From Nemertoderma westbladi (Eukaryota > Animalia > Xenacoelomorpha), in the NCBI GenBank assembly GCA_032718475.1, contig JAUCBJ010007408.1, positions 13,654-77,653 of the forward strand: a DNA stretch of 64,000 nt. Direction: 5' to 3'. Position numbers and translations under genes: made by a program. This document shows, one piece after another, positions 45,092-58,937 of the stretch (the first letter of the stretch is position 1; every line of letters begins with the position of its first letter). A model generated the notes under the pieces. The model searched no databases. It had not been told where the DNA came from and saw only the letters and a program-made list of their open reading frames with translations.

Positions 45092-45648
45092 AGTTGGGAA
45101 GTGGCACCTTTTAGCAATATTGGGGATACGAGGCTAATCCCCAATTAACCTCGTATCACACACCCAATAAACGGGGACAACAAACCCCGAAGGGCCACAC
45201 AAAGGGAGGTCAGAGGTTAAACCTCTGGGAGAGGAAAGTGACAGCAGCGGGGGGGGGGGGGGGGGGAAACACTCCCACAGAGGTGGGAGCCGAGAATTAG
45301 GTTTTTGGCCAATCAGAGCCAAAGTAACTGCATCCGCTAAGTAATAAGGCCACAAGTACAGTAGGTAATCAATATATTACCGGTCAGTATCCATATCATA
45401 ATTCAGTTATCTCAATCACTCAGGGCAGTACGGTGACACTTTAACACCGTCACCGCCGCCATCAATATATTACCGTACAACATTTACCGGTAACCTTGCT
45501 TCAGTTATCTCATGCTATCACTCTATATTATATATTATATTACCGAACTCTATTAACAATATTGGAACAACAATAACCAACTGTTTTCTTAACCGTGCGG
45601 CGACGCGTAAATAAACCAAACTGGTCGGGATCCCCTGATCCCGTCACA
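45092..45648 (+). repeat. 3' LTR of A2, 5'-truncated
   Basis: Near-identical to 41097-41588; ends cccgtcaCA then the TSD. Confidence 0.88.
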
Positions 45649-46115
45649 CTAAATTTTACGGCATCCCAGGACGTCGTCACACTTAACCCTGATCTATGGT
45701 CTTACGGCGGGCAAAGGCGTCTAACAAAGTCTTACCTCGGGCATGGGTGCTGTTTGGCTGCCGAATCATGTTCAAATGTGCCTGGGTGAAATAGTGCGGG
45801 TTCCCAAATGCGATGTGGGCATTCCCCCCCCCCCCCCCCCCCCCTTGCATTGCTGTGGCCCATAGATTTAGGCAGCGATTTTCTAACATCGGCTGTTCAA
45901 GATAGATACGTTAAAAGTTACCTATTCAGAGTTTTCAGTGTATTCTTAATGTAAGCAAACAGTTTAAACAAATTAACCAAGTTTTACAAAATACCAACTT
46001 AAACTAAGCAATTAATAGTATTACAAGTGAGGTAAATAGTAACTAAAGTTATACGTTAGTTTGAAATTAAATTAATTAAATTAAATTGAAATAAAGATGT
46101 ACAAAAATATAAATT

Positions 46116-46188
46116 TTCCAACTGAGATTTGAACCCTTGACCTAACATACGCACGACCTATGCGCTAACCTACCAGGCCACTGGACCA
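46116..46188 (-). other. Degenerate tRNA-like Pol III head
   Basis: Minus strand: A-box-like tggcctggtagg and B box ggttcaaatc; no clean anticodon arm. Confidence 0.4.
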
Positions 46189-46283
46189 GGTGGTATATGA
46201 GTGCCAAAATGTACTATATATGGCAAATATACGGTTTTATAACTAAACTGTGAAAGCAAGGCAAATATATCAAATTTTGAAAG

Positions 46284-47470
46284 TGTTCGCGCTTTTAGAC
46301 CTTTAGCAGTTTAACCTGCCAATTTTAATTGTCTTTTTTGTATATCAATTATTTAATGTACTGAAGTTACATCAGCCGAAGCCAGCCTGTGCGCGACCAT
46401 TCACCCACAGTTAAGGGAGACTGGATTCGGATGCTTTGATAGTGATTGCAGTGTAGACCTACTGTATTATTCGATTGATCGTTAATATATAATCTCTGAC
46501 AATATATTTACTTTCGGGGAAATATTAACAGTTCCTTTAGGACGTGGCGCTTTAAGTATAAAACAGAGTTATGACTTATACTAATCACAACTGGATGGCT
46601 ACTGAGTTTCGTAAAAGGCGCATTCTTTAGGAGATGCTTTATTAACCTTCACACTACTTCACACTACTTCACACTACTGCGCACTGATCTGCCGACCGTC
46701 ACTGAATTTGATCATATATAAGGAGGATCGCAACTGACACATGTAGGGATTATGAAATAGCATTCAATTCACACAAAAACCACTATAATGTAAGTCGCAG
46801 TTGCTACCGGTAAACCTGTTCCTCTAACCTTTAGTAATCAAAGAGATTGAGGGTTTTATGATTATTCATCGGTATTCTCCAAATATATCAGCAATATATA
46901 CCAACATAACACCAATTAATAACAGAATCAAATAATGCGGTGAACAGTCAGTATGTGTAGTTGAATCGCATTGCGTAGTGCCGCGGTGAGGCGATTCAGA
47001 TATGAAGTATGATTCAGCAATGATTCAGTAGTTGAATTGTTAATAGTTTTACGTTCTTTTAATCAAAGCCATCTGATGTTTCTGATGTTTAGGTCAAAGT
47101 CTGAAACTTCCACAGAAGTACAGAAGAATCCTAAGCTGGTGTTCTGGGCTTAGAAAAGATACACACTGACTGAATTGCGTGAGTTTCTGTAGGCACTGTC
47201 CAAAACAAAGTGAAAATCGCTCTGATTGGCTGAGCCGAACAAAGAACACAGAGAGATTCAGGTTCCGCGTTGGCAGTAAATCAGCTGACAGATTGCGTCA
47301 TCTGAGTCATCTTTTAGAGTATTAAGCGAATAGCGGCAAAATGGCTAGTTATGTCCGCTAAAGCACGCATACAGACATAACGGGTAAAAATGGCTTGTTA
47401 TGTCCGCTAAAAGCACCTACACGGTACATTGCGGAGAAAATGACTGGTTATATCCGCAAAAGCTTTTACA
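46284..47470 (-). repeat. 3' LTR of BEL-C (1187 bp)
   Basis: TGTTCGCGC...AGCTTTTACA on +, repeated at 63101-63965. Confidence 0.95.
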
Positions 47471-47496
47471 CCGCTCCCAGAAAATGGGATTTAATT

Positions 47497-49119
47497 CTAT
47501 AAAATATAAAAAATCACAGTTTCTAAAATATAAAAATACTCTAAACAGTTAGTCCTTCTTACGTGAACGGCGTTTACGCAGTTTTTTGAGGCTAGCAAGA
47601 GTCCTTTTCTCTTTGGGGCGAGCCACTTTACTAGGAGGGCTATAACTCCTGGGTGAAGGGTGCAATACAATTGCATCGGAAGGTTTAGAATGACGGTTGG
47701 TGTATCCGCCGGTCGCGGTTTTCGGTTGATCGGTATCAACCTCAGTGGAACGAGGTCAAACAACCTTCAGAGCACGTTTCAAGACAGCAACTCTTACTGG
47801 TCCCTGACGATTCGTCTGCACAAGAGCGGTAGGTGGACCGTGTGTAGTGAGAAATTTCCTCGGTTTGATGGTTCTTTCCGACTCGCGTTCTCGGGCCCTG
47901 TCGAAATCGATATGCTTCTCCTCGAGCTGATTTTCCTCCGCTTGTCATTGGAAGCATTCATCTAAAACTCGTTTAGAGTGTAGGGTCGTCCAAGTTCGAT
48001 ATCTTCTTAGAGATTCTGGATTTCCCGATCGAACTGAGATAAAGCCAACTCGTTCACCGCCTGGACTTGCTGCTGCAACTCACGTTCCTCCATACAATCG
48101 TAGGTTCCTTTTCCGATCTTTTGACGAATAGTGTCCAACGCGTTTCGTACAACTCTCTCCTCCACCTCGCTGACAGGTTGTATCGGGTTAGATCGGGACG
48201 ATTATACGGGTTAAACAGGGACGATTATACGGTTGAATGGCGATATTAGGTGTCCGCGTCCCAATCCGGCTAGGTAAGATGGGCGAATATCTAGGGAGCC
48301 CACAACCGGAGTGCCACCGACTAATTGTTCGGGTAACACCAGATCTTTGAACAGTGAGTAAGCTTGGGAGGATCCGTGATACTATTAGGATCAAGAGTCT
48401 GAGGTCCCACCAGGGAATGAGGAGGTCTGACCGAGTATTCCGGAACTCTGATCATGGGTTTATTTAAGGATCATTTGAGTTGAGCGAGCGTAGGTGATAC
48501 ATCGAACAAGTTTCGCTCGAAACTCCCGTAAATATAGCGAGTAAAACTGTGTTTAGCGCAATGTCTCCGCGGATGTTTGTCTTTCCGTTTGTTGGTTGGG
48601 TCTAGGGCATTCATCGTAATAATACCAAAGACGCACGTCTTGTAGGGGAAACGCTGGTGATCTTTCTCCAGTTTTACAACGTCTCTCTCAAAAATTCCAA
48701 ATATACGTTGAAGTCACTGCGTTTATCCGGTTCTTTAACGTCTTCTCTTTCGAGTTGGTTTCGAATAGAATTTTCGTGTTCGATTCTCAGTTTATTGTTC
48801 CGACTCCACTGGGTATGATATTTAAATAGGATCATTTCCCTTTCGGTGTCCACATCGTCCATATTGTGTAAATCGATAGGATGGCCAGTAGTTAAGAAGT
48901 CCATTACGTACCATTACGATGCGTATAGCGAGCGGTGAATTTTCTATAGTCCAATTCACACGTGAGTTGTTCCTTTGACATTGGCGGTTCGATATAACGG
49001 CCATCGTCCTCTGTAGTGGGTGGACTAGCGTCGCCGTGTATTAAACTATCAACAAACGCTTGCAATGGTAGGGTATATCGCTCCCTGATACCAAGATCAT
49101 CTTCTATCAACTCAGTCAT
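47497..49119 (-). pseudogene. Decayed unknown accessory ORF 3' of BEL-C pol
   Basis: Chain of protein-like minus-strand ORFs (48904-49119, 48674-48904, ...) in coding-like DNA ending just before the PPT. Confidence 0.4.
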
Positions 49120-49944
49120 AGCTGCTATATGAGTTTATCGATATTATAATTAATTATAATTTAGGCTAGCAGTCGTTGCTGCCTCCCCCTCAATGCCCCC
49201 GGACAGCGCAAGCTCCTCAGCGCTGATGTACTGTCGCCGCTGTGTCTATCGCCAACATAGTAGCTACACAACGACAACAACAACCAGCACGAGTCACTCC
49301 ACTGTCCGTCCCAAGGGCTTAGATTTACTTCAGGTTCTTACTGCGGAGGTAGGGCTACTTTCACAACTGCGACTCGCTACTGTAAACACACTTTAGTAGT
49401 AACATTCACCTATAGACGCACAAATTCCACACAACTGTCACAAATTGTACACATTCGGGCCATTTGTCCATTAGTCAAATGCCTTCCAGAATGCCACGTT
49501 ATTATTATGTATCCCTGGACACTAGCAGTGCGCTATTTATTCCGTATGCCATTCAATGGGGCAAGCTTTATATTGTTCTTTTAACTCACTTCTAATTCTA
49601 GCGTGGTTGTTGCCATGGTGACATTATGGAAAGCTAGCAGTAGAATTAGGGTAATTCTCATGCATACAGATCTGGGATGCTATTTAATAGTAATTCTTTA
49701 ATTGTCAATATTCCCCCTTATACATGATTTTATGAATTTTATCGGCTATTGACTATATATTGGAGATTCTCTCACGCTAATATACTTAATAGGGTGAATC
49801 TCCGCTCCCATGATCTATTAATTAATGGAATTTAGGGAATGTTATAAATTGTATAAAATGACAATTTATCAAATTCATGAGAGGATATGAATTTAAATTT
49901 ATTCCCATAAATTTTATTATTTAATAATAAAATAGACACAATTT

Positions 49945-50335
49945 TATTCCAGAACATGTCTGGGGACTGGGATCCTTGATTCTAGGAAATTTGTCCTTTT
50001 AAGAGTATCGGTAAGTGCTACGATATCTTAATCGACTAGAATTTTTAAAGGATCTAAATTTTAACAGATTTTGATTTATAGATTTTCTTGGTTTACAAAC
50101 TCCTTAGAGTTTATTTGTATGTATTCACTCTATTATAACATTTGCTTTAATAGATTTTTTATAAATATTAACTATGTAATATTTAGTAATATTTAAGATG
50201 GGCACTGATTTATTCCAGAACATGTCTGGGGACGTTAACCATTGATTCTAGAATTTTGTCTTTCAAGTATATCGGTGGGTGCCGCGATATCTTAATCGAC
50301 TAGAATTACAGATGGTCAAAGGGTTTAACAGATTT
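49945..50335. repeat. About 125-bp direct repeat pair in BEL-C non-coding region
   Basis: ttattccagaacatgtctggggac...cgatatcttaatcgactagaatt at ~49945 and ~50210. Confidence 0.8.
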
Positions 50336-50816
50336 ATTTTGCGTTGTATGCTACTGTTAAAGGGACATCACGCTACTATACGTATTATTTAATATACGGT
50401 ATGAGAGCAATATTGCAAGAAGCAATGTCAGTGAGAAGAGGCAAGTCGTTTCCGAGGTCTAGTATAGGTCTAGTATATAGGTCTAGTCTAGGTATAGTAG
50501 GAGCTTTATTGTACTTTAATAAGTATGGATATTTCATCTTACTGTAGTCACGCATTTATAATATGATACGGACAGTAAGGAAAGAGAAAATAATTATTTC
50601 TCGCCGTTGCACTAAATATATAATATAATATAATTAAGTAAGTAATAAACACTAATATATATTGCACTAATCTACTAAATAATTGCTAAAATAACATTCT
50701 ACTAAATAAAATTAAAGAAAACGATTATAATAAAATTACATAATAATACATACATAAATATAAAATAATAAAAACAAATAAAAAATAATATAGTCACACA
50801 CCCACTCCAGACGCTG

Positions 50817-53671
50817 TTACGTTGGGGAGTCCCTAGATGTTTGTTGGATTAGGGAGGTGGTCGTGGGAAGAGTATCTTGCCTTCCATAGTTTCCGGACAG
50901 TTCTCGGTCTCTTTCCAGTAAACATAAACGACCAACTGGGCGATTGAGTTGTTGTGTTTCGAATACAATTCCAGGTTTCCTCTTCGTCCTGGAAAGGTGA
51001 CGATAGAAACATCGCTTCAAATACACGACGGCCTTACAAAGCCGATTCCAGGAGCTATAGTGGTTTATCGCTCCCTGCAGGAGAGGTGAGAGTCCCTGCG
51101 AGACGTCTGGTGTTCCAGATTTCCAGTCTCTTTCTCTGATTTCCACAACAGAGTTATTTGTGGCAGGGGAGTTTAGACCCACAGCGTCGTCCCCTGAAAT
51201 GTGTAGTACAGACAGATCAATCGCGGGTTTAAATAACTTTGATTTACTCGTCCGGGTTTTAGGTTTGACTTTCTCCGCTCCCTTGGCTTGTCTAAGCCGT
51301 GGTGAGATGAGGAGGCCATTCATCCTCTTCTTTACTTAGGAAGTCGGGTTCACCTAACCAGTCTGGAGTATCTATCAGTTCTTGAGGAGTTGCTCCTCTG
51401 GAAGCGATGTCGGCTGGATTAATCGTCCCAAGGCAATGTCTCCATTGATCTACATTAGAGTTAATATCGTCATTATCTGAGGAGTATGGTGTTCCCTCAG
51501 TTGTGGTTGTCTCTCCCTCACTGATGTCTTCTTCCCATTCACTCACCTGATGGACCTGATCTTTGGGTAGCCTTTCCATGAGTGTCCTACGGGAAGGTCC
51601 AGTGAAGTACCAACCTACTCTTGTTCTTCCCGCATAGGTTTGCAATGGTTGCGGTTGAGCAGGCCGTTTCTCTAATGTCTCAAGCGCCTCATGCGCATTT
51701 TGGCCGATGAGTATCTGTACCCCTGGGTAGTCGGTGTTGAATCTAGGTATCTCATGCTGCTGGGTGAAATCGTCTTCAACCCAGTTATAAGGTTCCACTT
51801 GGCTGGTAGCGAAGTTCTTTATCGCCACCATTTTTACTGACCTTATACTGTGTTCTCCTAGTTCATCCTGGGGGGTGGACAACGCGCCTACATAGTAGTC
51901 TGTAGCTACTGCAGATTTCCAAACCTGCATAATTCCTGAAAGGTTCAACTTAGTTCGGAACTTGGGTTGTCCAGCAAAGATGTCTTCGGCTAGTTCTTTG
52001 TCGATGAATGTTCCTGTGCTGCCGGAGTCAAGGAGGGACGTTCACTATATAGCTCTTTTTTAACCCGTGGACTCTCAACTGCACTATGGGAAATTCCCGG
52101 ATTCCTACGTTGGGAGTTGGCGCTTTCCAAGATGGTTGTCGGTCCGGAATAGTTAGGGGGAGCTCACTATCGGTTTCAGTCTCATACATAAGCGCTCGAT
52201 ACACCGCGGTGTTTGTCATATAACAGGATTCATTTTCATCGGAGAATTCGTCTGTGTAGAATCCTTCCATCTCAGAGCTGTGGTCAGTGTCGTTCACATC
52301 ACTGAATTGGACATGTAGTTCGGGCTCACTTACCTGACTCGTGCGGGTTCTTTCAAATTCTGTGTGCAGCAAGATATGATGTTTCGCGCCGCACTTAGCA
52401 CACCTAGCATCTGAGTAACAGGTCCGCCGTTGGTGTCCTCGTCTGAGACAATTATAACACAACCGCTTATCCCACATGACTTCGCGTCTATCCTTTAAGG
52501 ATTTCTTTAAGAATTCATCACACCTACTCAAGCGATGGGGCCCGTCACACAATACACATTTGGGCTTGATGTTACTTACTTTAACCTGTGCTGTGTGGTG
52601 CACACTTGTTCTTTCCTCGGGCTTTCTTCCATGAATTTTCTTAGGAGACGTAGGAGGAGTTTTTGTTACCTGTTCTCTCCTGTCACTGGTTCGAGACTTA
52701 AATTTACTTACGTCTTTAGGTGCTTTGTTGACATAGTAAGATCTTTCGGTGTCTTTCCCGCTGTTCTCCTCGTGGGAGGTTTGGCTTTTGCCGTCGTCGG
52801 TATAACACACTGGTGTTACCTTTCGCCTAGAAACGGAATTTTCACTTACCTCACTTCAGGAGTCTTCTCTCTAGACTGTTTTAGGAGTTGTAATCTTACC
52901 TCTCGGTTTAAGAATGACAGAAGGTCCGTCATGGTTGGATCTCTATGTTGTTGGTCCATCAAATAGAGAACCTTTTTGTCCCAGCGAGTACCTACTTCAC
53001 TCTTTGGCAAAGCTGATGCTAAGGCTCCTACAACCATAGAATTCTGGTATTCATGAGACTTACCCAACCAGTCTAATTGTCTACAGATCTCCTGAATCTC
53101 ATCGGAAATCTCTATAATCCCGCTGCTAAGGAATTTTCGGGGGGCTACTAATTTCGCATACAAATACCTAGCTATGTTTGTCCTATTACCATACCTGATG
53201 TTTAGTGTATCCCAAACTTGTCTTAATCCATCTGGATGTCCAATAAACTTTAACGCCATTAACTTGGGAGGTCCTTCCAAACACTCGATGAGGAATCTAA
53301 GTTTCTCTCCGTTAGATAGTACAGAGTTCTGTATGTTATCTTTGTAGTATTTATTAAAAGGTAACCATTTCATCTCATCTCCATTGAACTTGACGATCTC
53401 TCCCACTTTTACCGCTTGACGGGCTTCGGTTCTAGCCATTTGGCGCGTAAAACTTTCTTGGGCCATCGTGTTATTTAATATCGAGTTATCGGTATATAAA
53501 TTTCTCGGATTATGATCAGGTCTATATGGAATATCATTGTCAACAGGTTTATAATTACCCTTAATAGGGTTTACTATAGGAGTTTCTACTTTACTAGCAG
53601 TATAGATGCGTGTAGGCTCCACAACTTGCGCATGAAATACTTCAGACCTAACAGGTTGACACATTGTTACA
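50817..53671 (-). pseudogene. BEL-C gag C-terminus, Zn knuckles, protease, RNase H tail
   Basis: KFNGD..KLRFLIECLEGPP; CVLCDGPH..C, CYNCLRRGH..C, CAKCGAKHH; LLDSGS (~52025, after a frameshift); QWRHC..NPADIASRG. Confidence 0.9.
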
Positions 53672-53676
53672 GGGGG

Positions 53677-54016
53677 TATAATGATATCGTAAGCATACCG
53701 ATATACGAGTAAGAGTGAGAAATAATATAGTGCCGCACCGTCATATTATATTATTTCAATACGTGCTGATAGACTGATAAGTACTGCTGGCCGACATACC
53801 AGTGGCAGTATACTGTGCAGTACAGAGCTGTCGGTCTCTAGCCGTCCAGGATGACAGCTCCAGTATCGGTAACAAAATGGATAATATATCCTACCTACTG
53901 TGAAATCCCATCACCCGATATCCCATGCAATCTGCCCATCGCTGATTGGCCGTTGCCTAGTAACGGATCTAGAGTACATAGCTAAGGAATATCAATACAA
54001 TAATAATATCAATACA
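53677..54016 (-). repeat. Gypsy 3' LTR
   Basis: Near-identical to 58605-58937 (7-bp indel, few substitutions). Confidence 0.97.
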
Positions 54017-54048
54017 CCCCCCTTCTAGTTTGTGGGACTCCCAACAAA

Positions 54049-57000
54049 CTATCCATAATGGAGTCTGTCTGGTTGACGTCGCCGATGTGTTGGGTGGGTG
54101 TTGTTGTGTTGTAAATCTGGTATATTTTCCGGGCTGGTGCTGGTAAGCTGTGTTGCCCAGTGAACGCCCTTAGTTGGGTTTGATGGGGTTCCTCTAGCAT
54201 TATAACCATTGTGCCCGCTGTTAATGTCCCCCGATGTCCCGATAGCTGTGTTCCTCAGAAGGTGGCGTCGGTTGCGGGTGAGACAACGGCCGGACTGTAA
54301 TTTGATCCGGTAACTGCGGTGTGAGGCCGCCTCGACCACAACACCAGTGCGGTCCCAATGCTTGGTGGTTGGGTTTTGGATCCGCACCGGGTCTCCCACT
54401 GAGAGGGTGGGGAGGGTTTTGGCCCCGCGGTTGTAATCCTCGGCCTGAGACTCAATGAGTTTTGGCACTGCAGCGTCGAGTGCGGTCCTGGTCGTTTGGT
54501 GTCCCAGGAGGAAAGCCCGGCTGTGTGCAGGTACCCGTGAGCGTGTTGGGTGCCCAAATAAAATCTGGGCCGGTGATTGGCCGTGTGCGCGGGGTGAGTT
54601 TCTTAATTCCAGGAGGCCCTCCTGGAATGCCGTAGAGTTTATTTTTCCCCCAGTTTTTGTTATCAAACTTTTTAGAGCCTTAACGGCAGACTCTGCATGG
54701 CCGTTGCTCTGTGGGTATTCCGGGGAAGAGAACGTCTGCTGCACTCCCCAGTCACTAAGGAAGTCCACGAAATTGGACCCCGCGAATTGTGGGCCGCCGT
54801 CGGAGGAGAACCGTACGGGGATGCCGAAGCGTATAAAAACGTCCCGTATATGGGCTGCAGTTGTAGCGGCGGTTGGATGGCTGGTGTAGCCGTATATTTC
54901 GGGCCACCCAGAGTAACGGTCCGCTATGGCGAGGTAGTTCCGGCCGTCGAGGGCGAAGAGATCGGCAGAAATCTCCTCGAAGGGCCGGGTGGCCTCTCGG
55001 TCTCGTAGGAGAGGTTCCTTGGTGAGACTGGGGCGGTGTGTGAGACAGGTATCACACGATGAAATGGTAGTCCGGACATCGTTGGTGAGCCCGGGCCAGT
55101 AAACCGTCTGGCGGGCACGGCGGAGAGTTTTCTCTACACCCTGGTGGGCGGCGTGAAGTCGTGCGAGGGTGGTCCGTCGCTCGGCCCGCGGAATGATAAT
55201 CCGCTGCCCGTAAAGGACGAGTTCGTGGTCCGTGGTGAGTTCCTCCCGGACGGACCAATAGGGAGAGACTCCTGGGAGTTGGCGGGAGGCCAGCGGGAAC
55301 CCGGACTGTGTGGCGACGAGGAGTTCCATGTAGTCGGGGTCGTCCCGGGCGGTCTTGCAGAGGGCGTCGAGGATCAAGTCGGAGAACTCCTCCGATTGCT
55401 CCGAACTCTCGTAGAGTTCGGCGGCTTTCTGCCGGGTTACCGCATGTATGTAGTACGCCATATCGCCATCGTCGATCAAGTCATCGGAGGATGGATCGTC
55501 AACGGGAGCGCGGGATAATGCATCGGGAATCCGATGATCCTTACCCTTCCTCCACACTGTAGTGAAGGTATACGGAGTCAGTTTAGATTTCAGCCGCTGG
55601 AGGCGAGTATTATCCGTGGCATCGATTGTGTAGCGATCCAGGATAGTAACGAGTGGCTGGTGGTCGACTATAAGGGTGAAGTGTGGAAGGCCGAGGAGGT
55701 AGAGTCGACACTTGTGGGCCGCCCAGGCGACCGCGAGCAGCTCGAGCTCCACCATCGTGACTCCGTCTCCGAGACGAACCGCGATCCGCACTCCACCAGT
55801 TTCCAGTCATCGTCGTCGTAGCGCTGGAGTAATGCGTAGCCCAAACCGTGTTTCCTCGAGGCGTCGGTTTGGAGCATTGTCTCGCGTTCCGTCTCGAAGG
55901 GAGCGAGGATTGGGGGTGATACCAACGCGCATTTTGTCGCCTCGAACGCCGCCTCGTGGTCCGAATTCCAAATAAATGAATTCTTAGAACTGAGGAGGGG
56001 GCGGAGGGGGACATCGTGGAGGAGATGTCCGTCGAGAATGGGGCGAGTTGCTCCACCAACCCAACGAAACTCCGGAGGTCAGTAATATTCGTTGGTCTCG
56101 GAAAACTCGCGATAGCCCGGACCTTCGCCGGGTCGGCCCGTATCCCGTCGGCCCCGACGAGGTAGCCCGCGAACTTAACTTCGCGCTGGGCGAACTGGAC
56201 CTTGTCGGGGTTGAGGGAAATTCCGGTCTCGCGGCATCGTTGGAGGAACCGGCGGACGCTGTCGAGGTGGTCGTCGAGGTTGGTGTCGTAGAGGAGGACG
56301 TCATCGACGATCTTCCTCAAGTTTGGCAGGTCGCGGATGGCGTCGTCGCCGCGGCGGTTGTACTCATCCCCGCTCGATATTAAACCCATAACACTCCTGG
56401 TGTGTTTATATCTCCCCCAGGGTGTTACAAATGTGGTTAGGAGCTGGGAATCTTTATCGAGAGGGACCTGCCAATACCCGGAAGCGGCGTCAAATACGGT
56501 GAAATAATTCGCCGTTGTTGCGATTCCGGCTATCGCCACCCGCGGGCTCGGGGTGGGGTAGTAAGGCCGTGTAACCTGTTGGTTGAGGTTGCGGAGGTCC
56601 ACACACAACCTGAGTTTGCCGGAAGGTTTCCGGGTAACCGTCATCGGGTGAGCCCAATCGGTAGGCTCCGTCACTCGTTCGATGACGGTGCGTCGCTCCA
56701 TGTTGTCGAGGAGGGACTTTACCTCGTCCCGCATGGTGAAGGGAATTGGACGCGCGCCGTTTACATGGAAGGGTTTGGCGCCCTCCTTTAAGTCAACGTG
56801 CATCGGTTCGCCAACCATGGTGGACAAAGGTTCGTCTACATCGTCGAACACGTCAGCGTATTCGCGTAGAATTTCGTCGCGAACTCGGGGATTTAACGGT
56901 TCCGCTGTAGATTTGATTGAGTTTATGGCTTGTGGGAAATTCGGCGGAAGAATGTTAAGGTTCACGAGCGCCCGGAGGTTTAGGATTAGGCCATCAATTT

Positions 57001-57310
57001 CCGGGGATACGACAATTAAAGCCGTTGTTTCGAGTCCGTCATAGGAGATTATAGAGGGAAACATTCCCGCGATTTGTAGCGGGCTTTGGTTCGCGGCTCG
57101 CAGTTGAGGGTTGTCGAGGGGATACGGTAGTAGATCTGCATCGCGGCCCCCCATAGCGCTGTACAGTTTGTGGCTGAACATTGTAGCCGTCGCGCCGCTG
57201 TCCGGTAGAGCTCGTTTGACGGTTCCGAGTGGTTCTCCGGATACTTGTTTTAGATCCATACTTATACATTTAAGTGGGCAGGTGGCGGGCGGAAGTTCAG
57301 TTCCGTTAAT
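54049..57310 (-). pseudogene. Gypsy pol (PR, RT, RNase H, integrase) with frameshifts ~55770-56010
   Basis: DSGA; LRLCVDLR..DAASGYWQ..IVDD; TDAS..ELELLAV..DHQPL; HQGV..C..C, ADLF, SDGGPQF, SNGHAE. Confidence 0.95.
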
Positions 57311-58574
57311 GGAAATCGAGTTTACTGTTTGAGTGAACCTCTGGAAGTATCGAGTTTACACGAGGTGAGTGTGGCGGCTGATCCCTGGAACCAGGTTTAC
57401 CGCGATTACCTGATTGGGATCGTTTCTGATTGGAACGGCAGACACCCCTATAATGCCCAACCTTCCGACAGGATTTACAAACAGCGTCCTTGGCGGGGCA
57501 GTTCGGTCTACCCCCCGTGTGGTTTCGCCCGCACCACGGACATGCTTGATCCGGGCTGGGTTGCTGTGAGTTCGTTAGTTGAGATGTCCGGGAGGTCGAT
57601 TTCTCGTGCAGGTAATTCGACGTCACTTTAGCGACGGGACAGCCTCGACCAATGATGGAGTCGTTCCGCTCGCTCGCCTCCATCGATTGGGAGATCCGGA
57701 CGCAGTCCTCGAGGGAAGGTTGCGGAAGAACCTTCAGGAGCTCCGTCCTCGTCTCTGAAGATCGGATCCCGACCAGAATCTGCATCACGATCTGGCGATC
57801 GCGACACTGGCCGCAGAGTTCGGCGTCGTCCGCCAACTCCTCAAGGGCGATGCGGAAGGTGTCGAAGGATTCGTTGGCTCCCTGCCTCCGGTCGTGGAAC
57901 CGGATCCCGTCGATGGCGATGCTTCTCTTCGACCGGAGGTGGGCCTGGAGATCGTCGAGGATGGAGTCCGTCGTTGTCTCCGGCGCATCGATGTTGACAT
58001 GGAGAGTCACTGTCAACATTCGCTGGAGGTCGCGTCCGAGAGCGGAAACGAGGGCGTAGACCTGTTCATCTCGGGGGAAGGTGGAGGCCTGCTGGCGGTG
58101 CGCGTGGACGCGCCAGGTCTCTCTCCAGCGACGGAACGGAGTGAATTCGATGTCGCCATCGATCTTCTCTAGCCCGGATATATCTATCACGCGACGTCGA
58201 GGTTGGGGTTGCGCGGGAGCTGGGTGTCCCATGGCGGCGGCGGGAGGTGCAGTGGCAGCACCGGGTCCCGCACCTTGTTGGCCCTGGAGGGCAGCAATTA
58301 GTTGCATCATCCGAGCATCGGAGTCGGCTCATTGTTGGAGGGCGTCAGCCTGGTGCTGTGCCAAACGCGCGTCGGCGTCGACCTGCGCCTTCAACATCAA
58401 CTGGGTCAGTTGATTGAGTCTGTCATCCGCGTGTGCTCGTTGCTGATTCAGTTCGCGTCGCATATCTCGGATGTTGTACCAATCCGCTGGATCGACATTA
58501 TCCGAGTCTGATGAACCCGCGTTATCGTCTTTGCCTGCAGCGGCTAAATTTTTAGCACCGCGTTTAGGAGGCAT
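57306..58574 (-). pseudogene. Gypsy gag with one in-frame TGA (58329-58331)
   Basis: RRQGANESFDTF..L; CPWCGRNH..CPAKDAVCKSCRKVGHYRGVC (double knuckle typical of Mag). Confidence 0.9.
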
Positions 58575-58591
58575 CGTTCAGTTCATAAATA

Positions 58592-58604
58592 GATCACTGC
58601 GCCA
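58592..58604 (-). promoter_or_regulatory. Gypsy primer-binding site (probably tRNA-Ser)
   Basis: TGGCGCAGTGATC immediately after the 5' LTR. Confidence 0.8.
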
Positions 58605-58937
58605 TATAATGATATCGTAAGCGTACCGATATACGAGTAAGAGTGAGAAATAATATAGTGCCGCACCGTCATATTATATTATTTCAATACGTGCTGATAG
58701 ACTGATAAGTACTGCTGGCCGACAAACCGGTGGCAGTATACTGTGCAGTACAGAGCTGTCGGCCGTCCAGGATGACAGCTCCAGTATCGGTAACAAAATG
58801 GATAATATATCCTACCTACTGTGAAATCCCATCACCCGATATCCCATGCAATCTGCCCATCGCTGATTGGCCGTTGCCTAGTAACGGATCTAGAGTACAT
58901 AGCTAAGGAATATCAATACAATAATAATATCAATACA
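58605..58937 (-). repeat. Gypsy 5' LTR
   Basis: TGTATTG...CATTATA on minus strand. Confidence 0.97.

Larger units (their letters stand above)
40526..45648 (+). mobile_element. BEL/Pao element A2, internally deleted, non-autonomous relative of A
   Basis: TG at 40526 and CA at 45648, 5-bp TSD CTAAA (40521-40525 / 45649-45653); LTR repeats; gag N-terminus homologous to A. Confidence 0.85.
53677..58937 (-). mobile_element. Ty3/Gypsy (Mag-clade-like) LTR retrotransposon, 5.26 kb
   Basis: LTRs 53677-54016 and 58605-58937; TSD GGGGG; PBS TGGCGCAGTG; PPT agaagggggg; gag-PR-RT-RH-IN order. Confidence 0.97.

Noticed and set aside
45894-46283. BEL-B 5' LTR starting TGTTCAAG
   Set aside because: No second copy or PBS in the window to confirm it
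57300-57330. Programmed gag-pol frameshift in the Gypsy
   Set aside because: +1 offset with no clear slippery site, and the copy has other lesions, so an indel is equally likely
54455-58511. Many overlapping + strand ORFs in the Gypsy
   Set aside because: GC-rich antisense shadows with no motifs
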